From: an uncultured delta proteobacterium
Lineage (GTDB): Bacteria > Myxococcota_A > Polyangia > Palsa-1104
Length of the DNA: 64,000 bases
Direction: 5' to 3'
Assembly: GCA_963785725.1 (NCBI GenBank)
Contig: CAWAWS010000007.1
Span: 299,238-363,237 of the forward strand
Part shown: piece by piece, positions 1-10,560 of the stretch
Layout of the letters: the number at the start of each line of letters is the position of its first letter
How positions within the stretch are numbered: the stretch's first letter is position 1
Notes under the pieces: generated by a model
Told to the model about the DNA's origin: nothing
Databases searched by the model: none
The model's input: only the letters and a program-made list of their open reading frames with translations
Translations under genes and position numbers: made by a program

Positions 1-1190
<1,190 letters not shown>

Positions 1191-1287
1191 GGGCTCTGTA
1201 GGCGTACTGATGCGTCAATTGTAACGGCAATTGCCGCGTAAACTCGCGTTGCCGCTCCAGACGATCGTGATATTCTGGAGCGGCCAG

Positions 1288-3048
1288 ATGAAGAAGCTCT
1301 GCTGGTTTGTCGTGGGTGCGGTCGCCGTCTCGGGCTGCGCGGGTAGAATGCCGGAGCCGCGTCCACCGACGATGGTGCGCAGCTTCCACGGCACGATCGT
1401 CCCCGGCTATTACGTCTCGCCGCTGTCTTACGAGCATTATCTGCGGGCGCAGCTGCTGTCGAACGACGGACGCGCCGAAGAGGCGGCCGATCAGCTGCGC
1501 CAGGCGATCGCGTCCGACGGGGCGTCGGCCTACTTGCGGACCCGACTGGCCGAGGAGCTGTTGACGCTCGGCCGCGTCGACGAAGCGCGCGACGAGATCG
1601 AAGCGGCGCTGCACTTGGACACGCAGTTCGCCGAAGCGTACGTCGACATGGCGCGCGTCAAGCTGCGGCTCGGCGATTCGCCGGGCGCGGAGGCGTCGCT
1701 CAAGCGCGCCATCGACGTCGACCGCACGTGCGAGGACGCCTATACGCTGCTCGTGAATCTCTATCATGACCGCGGTCAAGAAGGCCGCGTGCTCGAGACC
1801 TGGCGCGAGCTAGCACACAATGTTCCGACGTCGGCGCCGGCGCATCAGGCGATGGCGCAAGCGGCGATGGCGCGCAGCGACTGGAAGACGGCCGAGGCGG
1901 AGCTGTTGCGCGCGCTCGAGCTCGACGGCAACTTGGGCGACGCGCGCGAGCAGCTGGCCGAGCTGTATCAGTGCGAAGGGCGCTTCGCCGAAGCCGTGAC
2001 GACGCTGCAGGACGCCTACGATCGCAGCGGCGATGGTCGCACGCTCGAGCGGCTGGTGAAGCTGGAGGCGGCCATCGGTCGCCTCGAAGACGCCCGCGCC
2101 ACCGTCGAGAAGTTGGAAGACGAAGGCGGCGGGCTCGATCGCAAAGTGTGGATCGGCTGGCGCTGGCTCGACGCGCAGAAGCCGGAGCGCGCGCGCCAGC
2201 TGGCGGAGTCGGTGCTCAAGGTCAGCGACACGCCGGGCGCGCACTTGCTGCTCGGCCGCGCGCTCGACGACCTCGGGCAGACCGACGAAGCGATGGCGCA
2301 GCTGACGAAGGTGCCGTCGCGGGCGGCGCAGTTCGTGTCGGCGCAGTCGTTGATGGGACGGCTCTTGCGCGATCGCGGCCGTTATCGCGAGGCCGTCGAC
2401 ATGCTGGGCAAGGCGATCAAGTCGGTGGCCGCGGCCGAAGACGGCGCCGGCGCCAGCGACACGCTGCAAGACCTGTTGGCGCAGGTGCACGAGCGCGCCG
2501 GCGATCGCGGCCAGTCGATCTCGCTGCTCGAAGGCGCGTTCGCGCGGCGCCCGCATTCGCAGGAGCTGGCGCTGGCGCTGGGCGCGGCCTACGAGCGCAA
2601 CGGGCAGTGGGAGCGCGGCGTCGACATCGTGCGCGGCCTTTTGAAGCGCGATCCCGACAGCGTCTCGGCGCTCAATTTCATCGGCTATGCGTTGGCGAAG
2701 CAGAACTTGCGGCTCGACGAAGCGCGCAAGCTGCTCGAGCATGCGCTGGTGCTGCAGCCGATGTCGGGCGAGGTCGCCGACAGCCTGGGCTGGCTCTACG
2801 TCAAGCTCGGCCGGCTCGACGACGGCGAGCGCATGCTCGTGCGCGCCGATCGCCTGTCGCCGGAGACGCCGGAAGTGCTGACGCATCTCGGTGAGCTGTA
2901 CGTGCATCGCAGCGATCGCGCCCGCGCCGTCGAGGCCTACAAGCGCGCGCTGGCGCACAAGCCGGACGAGACGATGCGCCACGCGATCGAAGAGCAGCTC
3001 CTGCTGCTCGAGAGCGGGAAGCTCGCGGCCGGGCCGACTTCGCGCTAA
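1288..3048 (+). CDS. TPR-repeat lipoprotein
   Basis: Signal peptide with lipobox (MKKLCWFVVGAVAVSGC). About 580 aa of tetratricopeptide-like repeats (AEAYVDMARVKLRLGD..., WLYVKLGRLDDGERMLVRA...). Confidence 0.75.
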   Translation: MKKLCWFVVGAVAVSGCAGRMPEPRPPTMVRSFHGTIVPGYYVSPLSYEHYLRAQLLSNDGRAEEAADQLRQAIASDGASAYLRTRLAEELLTLGRVDEARDEIEAALHLDTQFAEAYVDMARVKLRLGDSPGAEASLKRAIDVDRTCEDAYTLLVNLYHDRGQEGRVLETWRELAHNVPTSAPAHQAMAQAAMARSDWKTAEAELLRALELDGNLGDAREQLAELYQCEGRFAEAVTTLQDAYDRSGDGRTLERLVKLEAAIGRLEDARATVEKLEDEGGGLDRKVWIGWRWLDAQKPERARQLAESVLKVSDTPGAHLLLGRALDDLGQTDEAMAQLTKVPSRAAQFVSAQSLMGRLLRDRGRYREAVDMLGKAIKSVAAAEDGAGASDTLQDLLAQVHERAGDRGQSISLLEGAFARRPHSQELALALGAAYERNGQWERGVDIVRGLLKRDPDSVSALNFIGYALAKQNLRLDEARKLLEHALVLQPMSGEVADSLGWLYVKLGRLDDGERMLVRADRLSPETPEVLTHLGELYVHRSDRARAVEAYKRALAHKPDETMRHAIEEQLLLLESGKLAAGPTSR

Positions 3049-3057
3049 GTTCCCCGG

Positions 3058-3858
3058 ATGATCGCCTCGCGCGGCGTCGTCCTTCTCGCGTTCTGCCTTT
3101 CACTTTCAGCGTGCATCAAGCCGGCGGTGCGGCCCTACGCGCCACCTTCGGCCGAGCAGCTGCTGGCGTCGCTGCGCGAGCGCGCCGAGAAGGTGCGCAC
3201 GCTGCGCGCAACGGCCAAGATCGACGACGTGGCCAAGGGCGGCCAGCGCGTGCGGGTGAAGGTCGCGCTCTTGGTCGCGCGCGGTGGCAAGCTGCGCTTC
3301 GAGGCCGACAGCCCGCTCGGCGGCTCGCTGGCGACGCTGACGTCGGACGGCGCGCAGTTCTCGCTGCTCGACGTGCGCGCCAACCGCTTCCTGACCGGGC
3401 CGGCCAAAGCGTGCAACGTGGCGCGGCTCATTCGCCTCAATATTTCGCCCGAGGACGTGGGCGCGGTGCTGATGGGCTCGGCGCCGCTGCCGCCCGACGC
3501 GCGCATCAAGAGCGCGGGCTGGGACGCCGACCACGGCGGCCGCGAAGTGTTGACGCTGGCCTTGTCCGACGGCGGCGAAGAGATCATCCAAATGGACGCG
3601 CTCAACAAGACGTGGGACGTGCGCCGCGCCGAGCGTCGCGACAGTGCCGGCAAGGTCTTGTGGCGCGTGACCAACGACGGCTTCAAAGATCGCGACGGCG
3701 GCGTGCGCTCGCCCGAGACATCGGACGTCGAAGAGCCGCCGCACGGCGCTGACGCCGAGATCAAGTTCCGCAACGTCGAGGTCAACGTCGAGCTGCCCGA
3801 CGAGCTGTTCCGCTTGCCGCCGCCGTCGAACCTGACGCCGGAGCCGGCGGACTGCTAG
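3058..3858 (+). CDS. Lipoprotein (LolB/DUF4292-like outer-membrane lipoprotein)
   Basis: Signal peptide plus lipobox LSLSAC, about 266 aa. Family placement is by weak resemblance only. Confidence 0.5.
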   Translation: MIASRGVVLLAFCLSLSACIKPAVRPYAPPSAEQLLASLRERAEKVRTLRATAKIDDVAKGGQRVRVKVALLVARGGKLRFEADSPLGGSLATLTSDGAQFSLLDVRANRFLTGPAKACNVARLIRLNISPEDVGAVLMGSAPLPPDARIKSAGWDADHGGREVLTLALSDGGEEIIQMDALNKTWDVRRAERRDSAGKVLWRVTNDGFKDRDGGVRSPETSDVEEPPHGADAEIKFRNVEVNVELPDELFRLPPPSNLTPEPADC

Positions 3859-3916
3859 CGTCGCGAGCCGTCCGATCGCAGCGACGGCGACCACTCGGGC
3901 GCACCCGGCCGTCGTC

Positions 3917-4447
3917 TTAGATCACGACGTCATCATTGCGCGGCAGGCGTTCGCGCGCCCGACGTGACGAGCGGCGCGTCCGCCAGATCATGAGCGCCAA
4001 GCCGACGCCCAAGACGAGGACGATCGGTATCGAGCCCAGCCGATCGTCGATGCTCGCGATGGGCTTCGGCTTCAGCACGTCGACGCCGTAAGTCTGCGCG
4101 AACCAGGCGAGCACGTGGTCATGCGCCGACTGCTGCGCGCTCGCGTTCGACAGATCGACGCCGGCCAGGTGCTGCTTGACCTCCGCGCGCATCTTCGCCG
4201 CCAGGTCGCACTTGCACGTGCGGATCGGCTCACGGTTGCAGGTGCCGCAGATGCAAGCCAGGTCCTTCATGATCGCGTCTTCGCTGTCGTTCGTCGGCGG
4301 ATTGACGAGCTGGCCATCCGGGTTGCCGGGCGGCCGCCGAGGCCGCTGCGTCAGCTCTTGCGCCAGATTCTTCGGCAGCTCTTGCGCGCCGGCGCCAGCG
4401 ATGAGCGATACGAGGGACAGCCACGCCAGCGCGGCCACGAGGCGCAT
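3917..4447 (-). CDS. CcmH/NrfF-like cysteine-rich, membrane-anchored periplasmic protein
   Basis: Signal peptide MRLVAALAWLSLVSLIAGAGA, a Cys cluster (CICGTC...CKC), then a C-terminal TM segment (IPIVLVLGVGLALMIW). This architecture resembles cytochrome c biogenesis CcmH. Confidence 0.4.
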   Translation of the reverse strand: MRLVAALAWLSLVSLIAGAGAQELPKNLAQELTQRPRRPPGNPDGQLVNPPTNDSEDAIMKDLACICGTCNREPIRTCKCDLAAKMRAEVKQHLAGVDLSNASAQQSAHDHVLAWFAQTYGVDVLKPKPIASIDDRLGSIPIVLVLGVGLALMIWRTRRSSRRARERLPRNDDVVI

Positions 4448-4449
4448 GT

Positions 4450-5100
4450 CTACAACAGCACGTCGTCGGCGAGGCGGCCTTCGAGATAGTCGGACTCGAG
4501 CCGCGTCACGAACGCCGCCCAGCGCGCGCGATCGGGCTCGTCGCGGAAGTCGAAGCGCACGCCGACGCCGCGATCGCTGCCTTCGCCGTGCTGCCGCGTC
4601 ACCGTCGCCTGCACCTCGAGCGGCCGATATTCGCCGCCCGGCGGCGACACCAGCAAGAGCGTGGTCGCGCCCAGCTCGAGCAGCTCGGCCGTGCGCACGA
4701 ACGCGCCCTCTTCGTTCAGATCGCGCGTGAAGTTGACGCGTCGCCCTTTGGCGGCCGTATAGGCGACGCGCAGTCGCACGGGCAGCCGCCGCTTTTCGCG
4801 CACGTCGATCAAACCGCCGCGCACGTAGCCGTTCAGATAGCGCAGCTTGGCCTGCTCCGACGCGTCGAGGCCGACGCCGGTGCCGGCGCGAGCGCGCGCA
4901 TCGCCGGTCGTGCGTCGCCACATGACGAAGCCGTGCAACAAGACGCGCGGGCCCGCCTGAAACACGATCTCGACGGTGACGCGCTCGCCGACGTTGGGCG
5001 GATCGGCGCCGGGCACGAACAGCGCCGTCCCCGCCGTACCATCATGATACTTGTGGAAATCGGCGCGATCGACGAGATGGAGCTTGAGTCGCGTGACCAC
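4450..5100 (-). CDS. PilZ domain-containing protein (tandem/YcgR-like arrangement)
   Basis: The C-terminal half has RRLPVR (RxxxR) and DLNEEG (D/NxSxxG-like) PilZ motifs. Its stop codon abuts the start of the downstream CcmH-like gene. Confidence 0.55.
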   Translation of the reverse strand: MVTRLKLHLVDRADFHKYHDGTAGTALFVPGADPPNVGERVTVEIVFQAGPRVLLHGFVMWRRTTGDARARAGTGVGLDASEQAKLRYLNGYVRGGLIDVREKRRLPVRLRVAYTAAKGRRVNFTRDLNEEGAFVRTAELLELGATTLLLVSPPGGEYRPLEVQATVTRQHGEGSDRGVGVRFDFRDEPDRARWAAFVTRLESDYLEGRLADDVLL

Positions 5101-5234
5101 TACTGCGTGCTCCGCTCAGCGCCGCCGCGGCTGCTGACGATTGGGCGTGATCGGCACCGGCATCATGGGCGGGGCCACGAGCTCACGCACTTTGTCGACC
5201 AATTGGCCGACCAGCTTTCTAATGCGTTCGCCCA

Positions 5235-5609
5235 TCAATTGCCTCCGCCATATCCAGATCCTTGGCCTTGTCGCGAAGTATAGCAGTCGTTGCAGTAAAC
5301 GGGACGACCCGCCGCCGGGCGAAACGGCACGCGCGCCGGCGCGCCGCACGAGGCGCAGGTCGCGTCATGCTGCTCGCGGGCGGCGCGCTGGGCGCGATTG
5401 CCGTCGCCGCCGCCGCCGTGACCGTTGCCGGCGTAGCCGTTGCCGCCGTCGCTGCGCTTCTGTCTGCGCGTGTCGCGGCAGGGCTTGCAGCGCTTGGGGA
5501 TCTCGCGGAAGCCCTTTTTGTCGAAGAATTCCTGCTCGCCGGCCGTGAAGACGAACTCGTTCTTGCAGTCCTGGCATTGCAGCGGGCGGTCTTGAAAGTC
5601 CATCGCCAT
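5235..5609 (-). CDS. zf-trcl-type zinc-ribbon protein (CxxC-x17-CxxC, twice)
   Basis: MAMDFQDRPLQCQDCKNEFVFTAGEQEFFDKKGFREIPKRCKPCRDTRRQKR ... CASCGAPARVPFRPAAGRPVYCNDCY, with a Gly-rich linker between the two ribbons. Confidence 0.6.
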   Translation of the reverse strand: MAMDFQDRPLQCQDCKNEFVFTAGEQEFFDKKGFREIPKRCKPCRDTRRQKRSDGGNGYAGNGHGGGGDGNRAQRAAREQHDATCASCGAPARVPFRPAAGRPVYCNDCYTSRQGQGSGYGGGN

Positions 5610-5697
5610 CCTCGAAAGCAGCCGTCGCACAGCCGACGTCTCGGCTAACTTTATCGCGTCCGAGAATCGACGGTCAAGCGTGTTAGGATGCGCGGCC

Positions 5698-6150
5698 ATG
5701 TCCAAGCCCCGCGCCGCTGTGATCTTTGTGAGCTTATGTCTGTCGCTGTCTGCGTCGCTGATGCTGTCCGGTTGCCGCGAGGAGCCGACCATCGTCATCA
5801 AGTTCGAGCCGAACGACATGACGGGCACGAAGAAGCCGGCCGACATGGTCAGCGTCGCCGATTTGGCGAGCGCGCCCGACTTGGCGCCGGCGACGAAGGG
5901 CAAGCCGGCGACCGCCGAGTGCAAGACCGCCGCTGATTGCACCGTCGAGCCCAACGACTGCTGCAGCTGCAACAGCGGCGGCGCTCAGCACGCGATCGCG
6001 AAGAAGAAGTTTGCCGAATCCGAGGGCAAGCGCATCAAGGGCTGCGGCCACAAGATGTGCCCGATGTTCATCTCGCACGATCCGAGCTGCGCCGAGACTG
6101 CGGACTGCGTCGCCGGCGTCTGCCAGCTCGTCGCGCCGAAGACGAAGTAA
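5698..6150 (+). CDS. Cysteine-rich lipoprotein
   Basis: Signal peptide plus lipobox (LMLSGC). The mature part has 12 Cys (CKTAADCTVEPNDCCSCNSGG...CGHKMCPMFISHDPSCAETADCVAGVC). Confidence 0.55.
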   Translation: MSKPRAAVIFVSLCLSLSASLMLSGCREEPTIVIKFEPNDMTGTKKPADMVSVADLASAPDLAPATKGKPATAECKTAADCTVEPNDCCSCNSGGAQHAIAKKKFAESEGKRIKGCGHKMCPMFISHDPSCAETADCVAGVCQLVAPKTK

Positions 6151-6158
6151 CCGTCGCG

Positions 6159-7304
6159 CTAGCTGATGACGTAGCGCAAGGTCAGCGGCCGACCGTCGCG
6201 CACGACGTCGACGGTGAAGGTGTTGGCGACGCGCAGCCAGGCGTAGGCGGCCGCGGCATCGTCGACGCCGTTGATGGCGCGCCCGTCGACGCGCATGACG
6301 ACGTCGTTGCTGCGCAGGCCGATGCGCTCGAAGAAGCAGCCGCCGCGCACCTGCGACAGCCGGAAACCGCCTTCGGGCTGCGCCGTCACTTGCAGCTGCT
6401 GGCTCAGCGAGCCGAAGTCGCCGAGCTCGCGGTCGAGCTCCGCGCGCTGCAGCACGAGCGGCCCCGTCGCCGCGCTAACCGGTGTGACAGCAGGCGTTGC
6501 GACCGGCGCGGCGACGGCAGGCGTTGCGACGGGTGCGGGCGTTGCGACCGGCGCGGCGACGGCGGCAGGCGTCGCGACAGTCGCGGGCGCAGCGGGCGCA
6601 GGAGCTGGGACCGCAACGGCCGCCGGCGCCTCGACGGGCGCAGCCATCGCCGGAGCGGCGACGGCAGCGGGCGCGGCAAGGGCTACTGGCGCGGCGACGG
6701 CCACGGCGGCGGGCGCGTGCGTCACGACGGCAACCGGCGCGGCGACTGCGCCCGGCGTCGCGATGACCGCCGGCGCGACGGCTGCCGGCGCTGCGGCCGT
6801 CGCATCAGGCACGATCGCCGCCGGCGCCACCGGCGCGACCAGCGCGGGCGCGCTTACGACGGGCGCCGCCTGCGCCGCGACGACGCGATCGACCGCCGCC
6901 TGCGCCGCCGCGACGACTGTCGGCACGTCGGGCGCCGCCGTCACGATCATCGCCGGCATGCGCCGCGGCTTGTGCCCGACGACGCGCGTCTCGGGCGGCG
7001 CCGCGATCTCGACCACTTCGCGCGACTCGCCGCGATCGATGACCAAATGATCGGCCTCCAGCTCGACGATGCGCCCGCCGCTGAGCTCTTCGCCGACCCG
7101 GTGCAGCACGTATTCGGCGCGATCTTCGTCCCAAATCAGCGCCTGCGCGCTCGACAAGATGACGCCCACGAGCCGCGCGTGCTCGACGGTGACGGCGGCC
7201 GCGGCCGGCGGCGGCGTGTCGGCGGCCGGCGCGCCTTCGGAGGCGTGCGTCGTCACGGCCGGGAGAGCAAACGCGAACAGCGAAGCCAAGAGCGTACGCT
7301 TCAT
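6159..7304 (-). CDS. Secreted Ala/Pro-rich protein with C-terminal PDZ-like domain (GspC-like)
   Basis: Signal peptide MKRTLLASLFAFALPAVTTHA, about 200 aa of low-complexity A/P/V repeats, and a C-terminal PDZ-like segment (VRGGCFFERIGLRSNDVVMRVDGRAINGVDDAAAAYAWL). It lies immediately downstream of pspA on the same strand. Confidence 0.6.
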   Translation of the reverse strand: MKRTLLASLFAFALPAVTTHASEGAPAADTPPPAAAAVTVEHARLVGVILSSAQALIWDEDRAEYVLHRVGEELSGGRIVELEADHLVIDRGESREVVEIAAPPETRVVGHKPRRMPAMIVTAAPDVPTVVAAAQAAVDRVVAAQAAPVVSAPALVAPVAPAAIVPDATAAAPAAVAPAVIATPGAVAAPVAVVTHAPAAVAVAAPVALAAPAAVAAPAMAAPVEAPAAVAVPAPAPAAPATVATPAAVAAPVATPAPVATPAVAAPVATPAVTPVSAATGPLVLQRAELDRELGDFGSLSQQLQVTAQPEGGFRLSQVRGGCFFERIGLRSNDVVMRVDGRAINGVDDAAAAYAWLRVANTFTVDVVRDGRPLTLRYVIS

Positions 7305-7418
7305 GACGGCGTCACAAAGCAGCCCGCATGCCACTGCCGTTTCCCTGTATTCGGAGGATCTTACGAACGTCGTCGGGTGACAACGTGAACCGCGCTTCAC
7401 ACGCGCGGCTGTGAACCG

Positions 7419-8204
7419 CTACTCCTCGTCGCCGCGCGAATGACCCTTGGCCGACAGCGCGTCCTTCGACTTGGCGGCCGCGTCATCGGCGTCTTTGGCC
7501 GGCAGCTCCTTGCGACCCGCGGCGGTCGCCGGTCCGAGCCCCATCTTCGCCTTCAGCTCCTGCAGCGCCATATCCGCGCCGCCGTGGTTCTCGAGCTGCT
7601 TGAAGCGCGACGCCAGCGTATCGCCCGTCATCTCGCCGGCCAGCTCGACGCCCGCTTCCGCCTCGGCTTCGATCTGCTCGACCTTCTCGGCCATGCGATC
7701 GAACGTATCGAACGCCGACGTATCCGACAGACCGGCCATCGTCTGCTGAATCGTCTTCTGCGCCTCGGCTCGCTTGGCGCGCGCGACGAGGATGTTCTTC
7801 TTGCGCTTCGCCTCTTCGATCTTGTTGTTCAGCGTGCGCAGCTGATCTTTGAGCTTCTCGACGGCGTCCTTCTGCAGATGCCACTGCTGCTCGAACTGCG
7901 CCGACAGATCCTCGTGCTCCTTTTGCCGCACGAGCGCTTCCTTCGCGAGCGCATCATCGCCGGCGTGCACGGCCATCATGGCCTTGCGCTCCCACTCTTT
8001 GGCCGCCGTGATCTGATCGTCCCACTGCTTCTTGAGCCGCTTCTCGTCGCCGATCGCCACCGCGACCTGCTTCTTGGCCTCGACGAGCTGATTCTTCATG
8101 TCGGTCAGGACCTGGGAGAGCATCTTCTCCGGATCCTCGGCCTTGCTGATCAAGTCGTTGATGTTGGACTTGATGAGCGTACCCAAACGCTGAAACAGAC
8201 CCAT
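7419..8204 (-). CDS. pspA: Phage shock protein A / IM30 (PspA family)
   Basis: MGLFQRLGTLIKSNINDLISKAEDPEKMLSQVLTDMKNQLVEAKKQVAVAIGDEKRLKKQ..., a typical PspA/Vipp1 coiled-coil. Confidence 0.9.
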   Translation of the reverse strand: MGLFQRLGTLIKSNINDLISKAEDPEKMLSQVLTDMKNQLVEAKKQVAVAIGDEKRLKKQWDDQITAAKEWERKAMMAVHAGDDALAKEALVRQKEHEDLSAQFEQQWHLQKDAVEKLKDQLRTLNNKIEEAKRKKNILVARAKRAEAQKTIQQTMAGLSDTSAFDTFDRMAEKVEQIEAEAEAGVELAGEMTGDTLASRFKQLENHGGADMALQELKAKMGLGPATAAGRKELPAKDADDAAAKSKDALSAKGHSRGDEE

Positions 8205-8590
8205 CAGGCAGCCTCCCGAAACTTCGCCAGCCGTCCATGGTGAGATGCGACCGCGAGCGAGATGTCGTCGATGGTCGCGGCAAATTCGTTGTAGTCGAGG
8301 TTCTCGAGCTGCAAGGCGTCCATGATCACGATCGACTCGCCCTCGATTCCGTAGGCGCCGTGCATCATCTCCGTCGCGTTCAGCTCGAGCAGCGTGCGAA
8401 ACAGCTCCTCACGCTGACCACGCGGGATGTCCATCATCTTGACGCGGAACACGAGCACCGGACCGGCCAGCGTCACGACGAGGTTGTCGACCCCATCCAT
8501 GCCGCTGACGATCCACGTGCCTTCGCGCGGCTCCTCGTAGGGAAGCTCCATTCGTTCCAGATACGCCTGTACGTCTGCAGCCGTTTTCAT
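8204..8590 (-). CDS. YbjN-domain protein (putative sensory-transduction regulator)
   Basis: 128 aa with a YbjN-like sequence. It is directly upstream of pspA and overlaps it by one base, which suggests an operon. Confidence 0.7.
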   Translation of the reverse strand: MKTAADVQAYLERMELPYEEPREGTWIVSGMDGVDNLVVTLAGPVLVFRVKMMDIPRGQREELFRTLLELNATEMMHGAYGIEGESIVIMDALQLENLDYNEFAATIDDISLAVASHHGRLAKFREAA

Positions 8591-8657
8591 CGCGCGCCTC
8601 CCGAGAGTCCAACGAGCCTAGGCGAGGACCCACACCGTTGCAATGTGCCGTGACATC

Positions 8658-8849
8658 TTACGGATGGTCGGCGCCGATTCCCCCAAGTGCAGGGGCGACA
8701 AGGCGCGCCGAGCCGCTCGCGCCGCCATCGGAATCCTGACCGGAATCGGCGGCCGCGCTGGCGTCGCTCGTGAGCAGCGGCGGAGCGGCGCCGTCCGTGC
8801 AGCCGCTCGCCAAGGTAAGCAGCAGGAGCGCGAGCGCACGAACCATCAT
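8658..8849 (-). CDS. Small putative lipoprotein (63 aa)
   Basis: MMVRALALLLLTLASGC lipobox. Low-complexity mature part. Weak call. Confidence 0.3.
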   Translation of the reverse strand: MMVRALALLLLTLASGCTDGAAPPLLTSDASAAADSGQDSDGGASGSARLVAPALGGIGADHP

Positions 8850-8866
8850 TCGATTGTAAACGAAAG

Positions 8867-9676
8867 CTACGGGATCTGCATTCCGCCCGAGACGTTGATC
8901 TCTTGTCCCGTGACGAAATCGGACAGCGGCGACGAGAAGAACAGGACGGCGTTGGCGATGTCCTCGGGCTCACCGAAGCGGCCGAGCGGAATCCGCGTCA
9001 GCATCGCCTGGCGCTGCTCTTCGGGCACGCCCAGCTCGTCGCCCTTTTGCTTGGCGGCGGTCAGGCGCGTGTTCGTGAAGCCGGGCGCGACGGCGTTGAC
9101 GTTGATCCAGAAGCGGCCCCACTCCTGCGCGACCGTGCGCGTGATGCCGACGTTGCCCATCTTGGCGGCCGTGTAATTGACCTGCCCGGGATTGCCGCGG
9201 ATGGCGGCCGTCGAGAAGAAGTTTACGATTTTACGGTGATATTTCGGGCTGCCCGTCTCTTCCAGCTCGCGCTTGGCGACGTCGCGCATAAAAGGAGCGG
9301 CAGAGCGAATGCAGTTGAAGGTGCCCTTCAAGTTGACGTCGATCACCAAATCCCACCAGTCGTCGGACAGCAGGTGGGTCATGCGATCGCGTGTGATTCC
9401 GGCGTTGTTGACGAGAATGTCGAGCTTGCCGAAGGAGTCGACCGCCAGCTTCATGAGCGCGTCGGTGTGGTTGCGCTCGGCGACCGAACCGAGGTGCACG
9501 ACGGCCGAGCCCTTGGCGATTTCCTCACACGCGGCGCGGGCTTCCGCGGCCGGCTCGGCATCGACGTCGTTGATGACGACCTTGGCGCCTTCGCGGACCA
9601 AAGTGAGGGCGCACGCGCGGCCGATGCCGCGACCCGCGCCGGTGACCACAGCCACGCGATCTTCGAGCAAACCCAT
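8867..9676 (-). CDS. SDR-family oxidoreductase (3-oxoacyl-ACP reductase-like)
   Basis: TGAGRGIGRA Rossmann motif, NNAG motif, and a YxxxK-type catalytic region. Confidence 0.85.
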   Translation of the reverse strand: MGLLEDRVAVVTGAGRGIGRACALTLVREGAKVVINDVDAEPAAEARAACEEIAKGSAVVHLGSVAERNHTDALMKLAVDSFGKLDILVNNAGITRDRMTHLLSDDWWDLVIDVNLKGTFNCIRSAAPFMRDVAKRELEETGSPKYHRKIVNFFSTAAIRGNPGQVNYTAAKMGNVGITRTVAQEWGRFWINVNAVAPGFTNTRLTAAKQKGDELGVPEEQRQAMLTRIPLGRFGEPEDIANAVLFFSSPLSDFVTGQEINVSGGMQIP

Positions 9677-9779
9677 GAATCCTCCGGTCGGAAAGGCTAC
9701 CTCATACGAATCTGATCGTATAACGTCAAGACCACATCATTAAGCAGGCTTACGGAACGTTGCCTAACGGGAGTTTTTC

Positions 9780-10547
9780 ATGGTAGTTGGGTCCGGCATG
9801 CAGGCGCCTGAGGAAGCGCTACCGCGCCATATCGCGATCATCATGGACGGCAACGGCCGTTGGGCGAAGCGCCGCGGCGCGCCGCGCATCGAAGGGCATC
9901 GCAAAGGCGCCGACTCGGTCCGCGAAGTGACGAAAGCGGCGCGCGAGCTCGGGATTGGCGCGCTGACGTTGTACGCGTTCTCGTCGCAGAATTGGGATCG
10001 GCCGATCGAGGAAGTGCGCATGTTGATGGCGCTTCTGCGTGACTACTTGGTCGACGAGCGCGCCGAAATCCTCGACAACGACATCCGGCTGACGACGATC
10101 GGCAACTTGGAGCGGCTGCCCGACTTCGTGCGCGAGCCGCTGCTCGAGCTTACGGCGGCGTCGGCGGGCAACAAGGGCATGACGTTGTGCCTGGCGCTGT
10201 CGTACGGCGGTCGCGAGGCGATTGTCGACGCGGCGCGCGCGCTCGTCGAAGGCGTGCTCGCCGGCGAGCTGCGCCCGCAAGACGTCAACGAGCTGAGCCT
10301 GGCCGAAGCCTTGTGCACGCGCTCCTTGCCGCCGCTCGATCTCGTCATTCGCACGTCGGGCGAGCAGCGGCTGTCGAATTTCCTTTTGTGGGAAGCGGCT
10401 TATGCCGAGCTCTACTTCACCGACACCTTGTGGCCGGACTTCAAGCGCGCCGATCTGATGGACGCCATCGCCACCTTTCAAGGCCGCGAGCGGCGCTTCG
10501 GTCTGACCTCCGAGCAGGTCAAGCTGCGAGCCATCGCGCCCAAGTGA
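9780..10547 (+). CDS. uppS: Isoprenyl transferase (undecaprenyl-diphosphate synthase)
   Basis: HIAIIMDGNGRWA, ...LTLYAFSSQNWDRP..., ...RTSGEQRLSNFLLWEAAYAELYF. Confidence 0.92.
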   Translation: MVVGSGMQAPEEALPRHIAIIMDGNGRWAKRRGAPRIEGHRKGADSVREVTKAARELGIGALTLYAFSSQNWDRPIEEVRMLMALLRDYLVDERAEILDNDIRLTTIGNLERLPDFVREPLLELTAASAGNKGMTLCLALSYGGREAIVDAARALVEGVLAGELRPQDVNELSLAEALCTRSLPPLDLVIRTSGEQRLSNFLLWEAAYAELYFTDTLWPDFKRADLMDAIATFQGRERRFGLTSEQVKLRAIAPK

Positions 10548-10560
10548 TAGTGTTCGCCAC

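Noticed and set aside
5116-5232. Possible 39-aa ORF (MGERIRKLVGQLVDKVRELVAPPMMPVPITPNRQQPRRR) between the PilZ and zf-trcl genes
   Set aside because: Uses AT-rich codons that are atypical for this genome. It has no RBS and no conserved features. Most likely this is a non-coding spacer.
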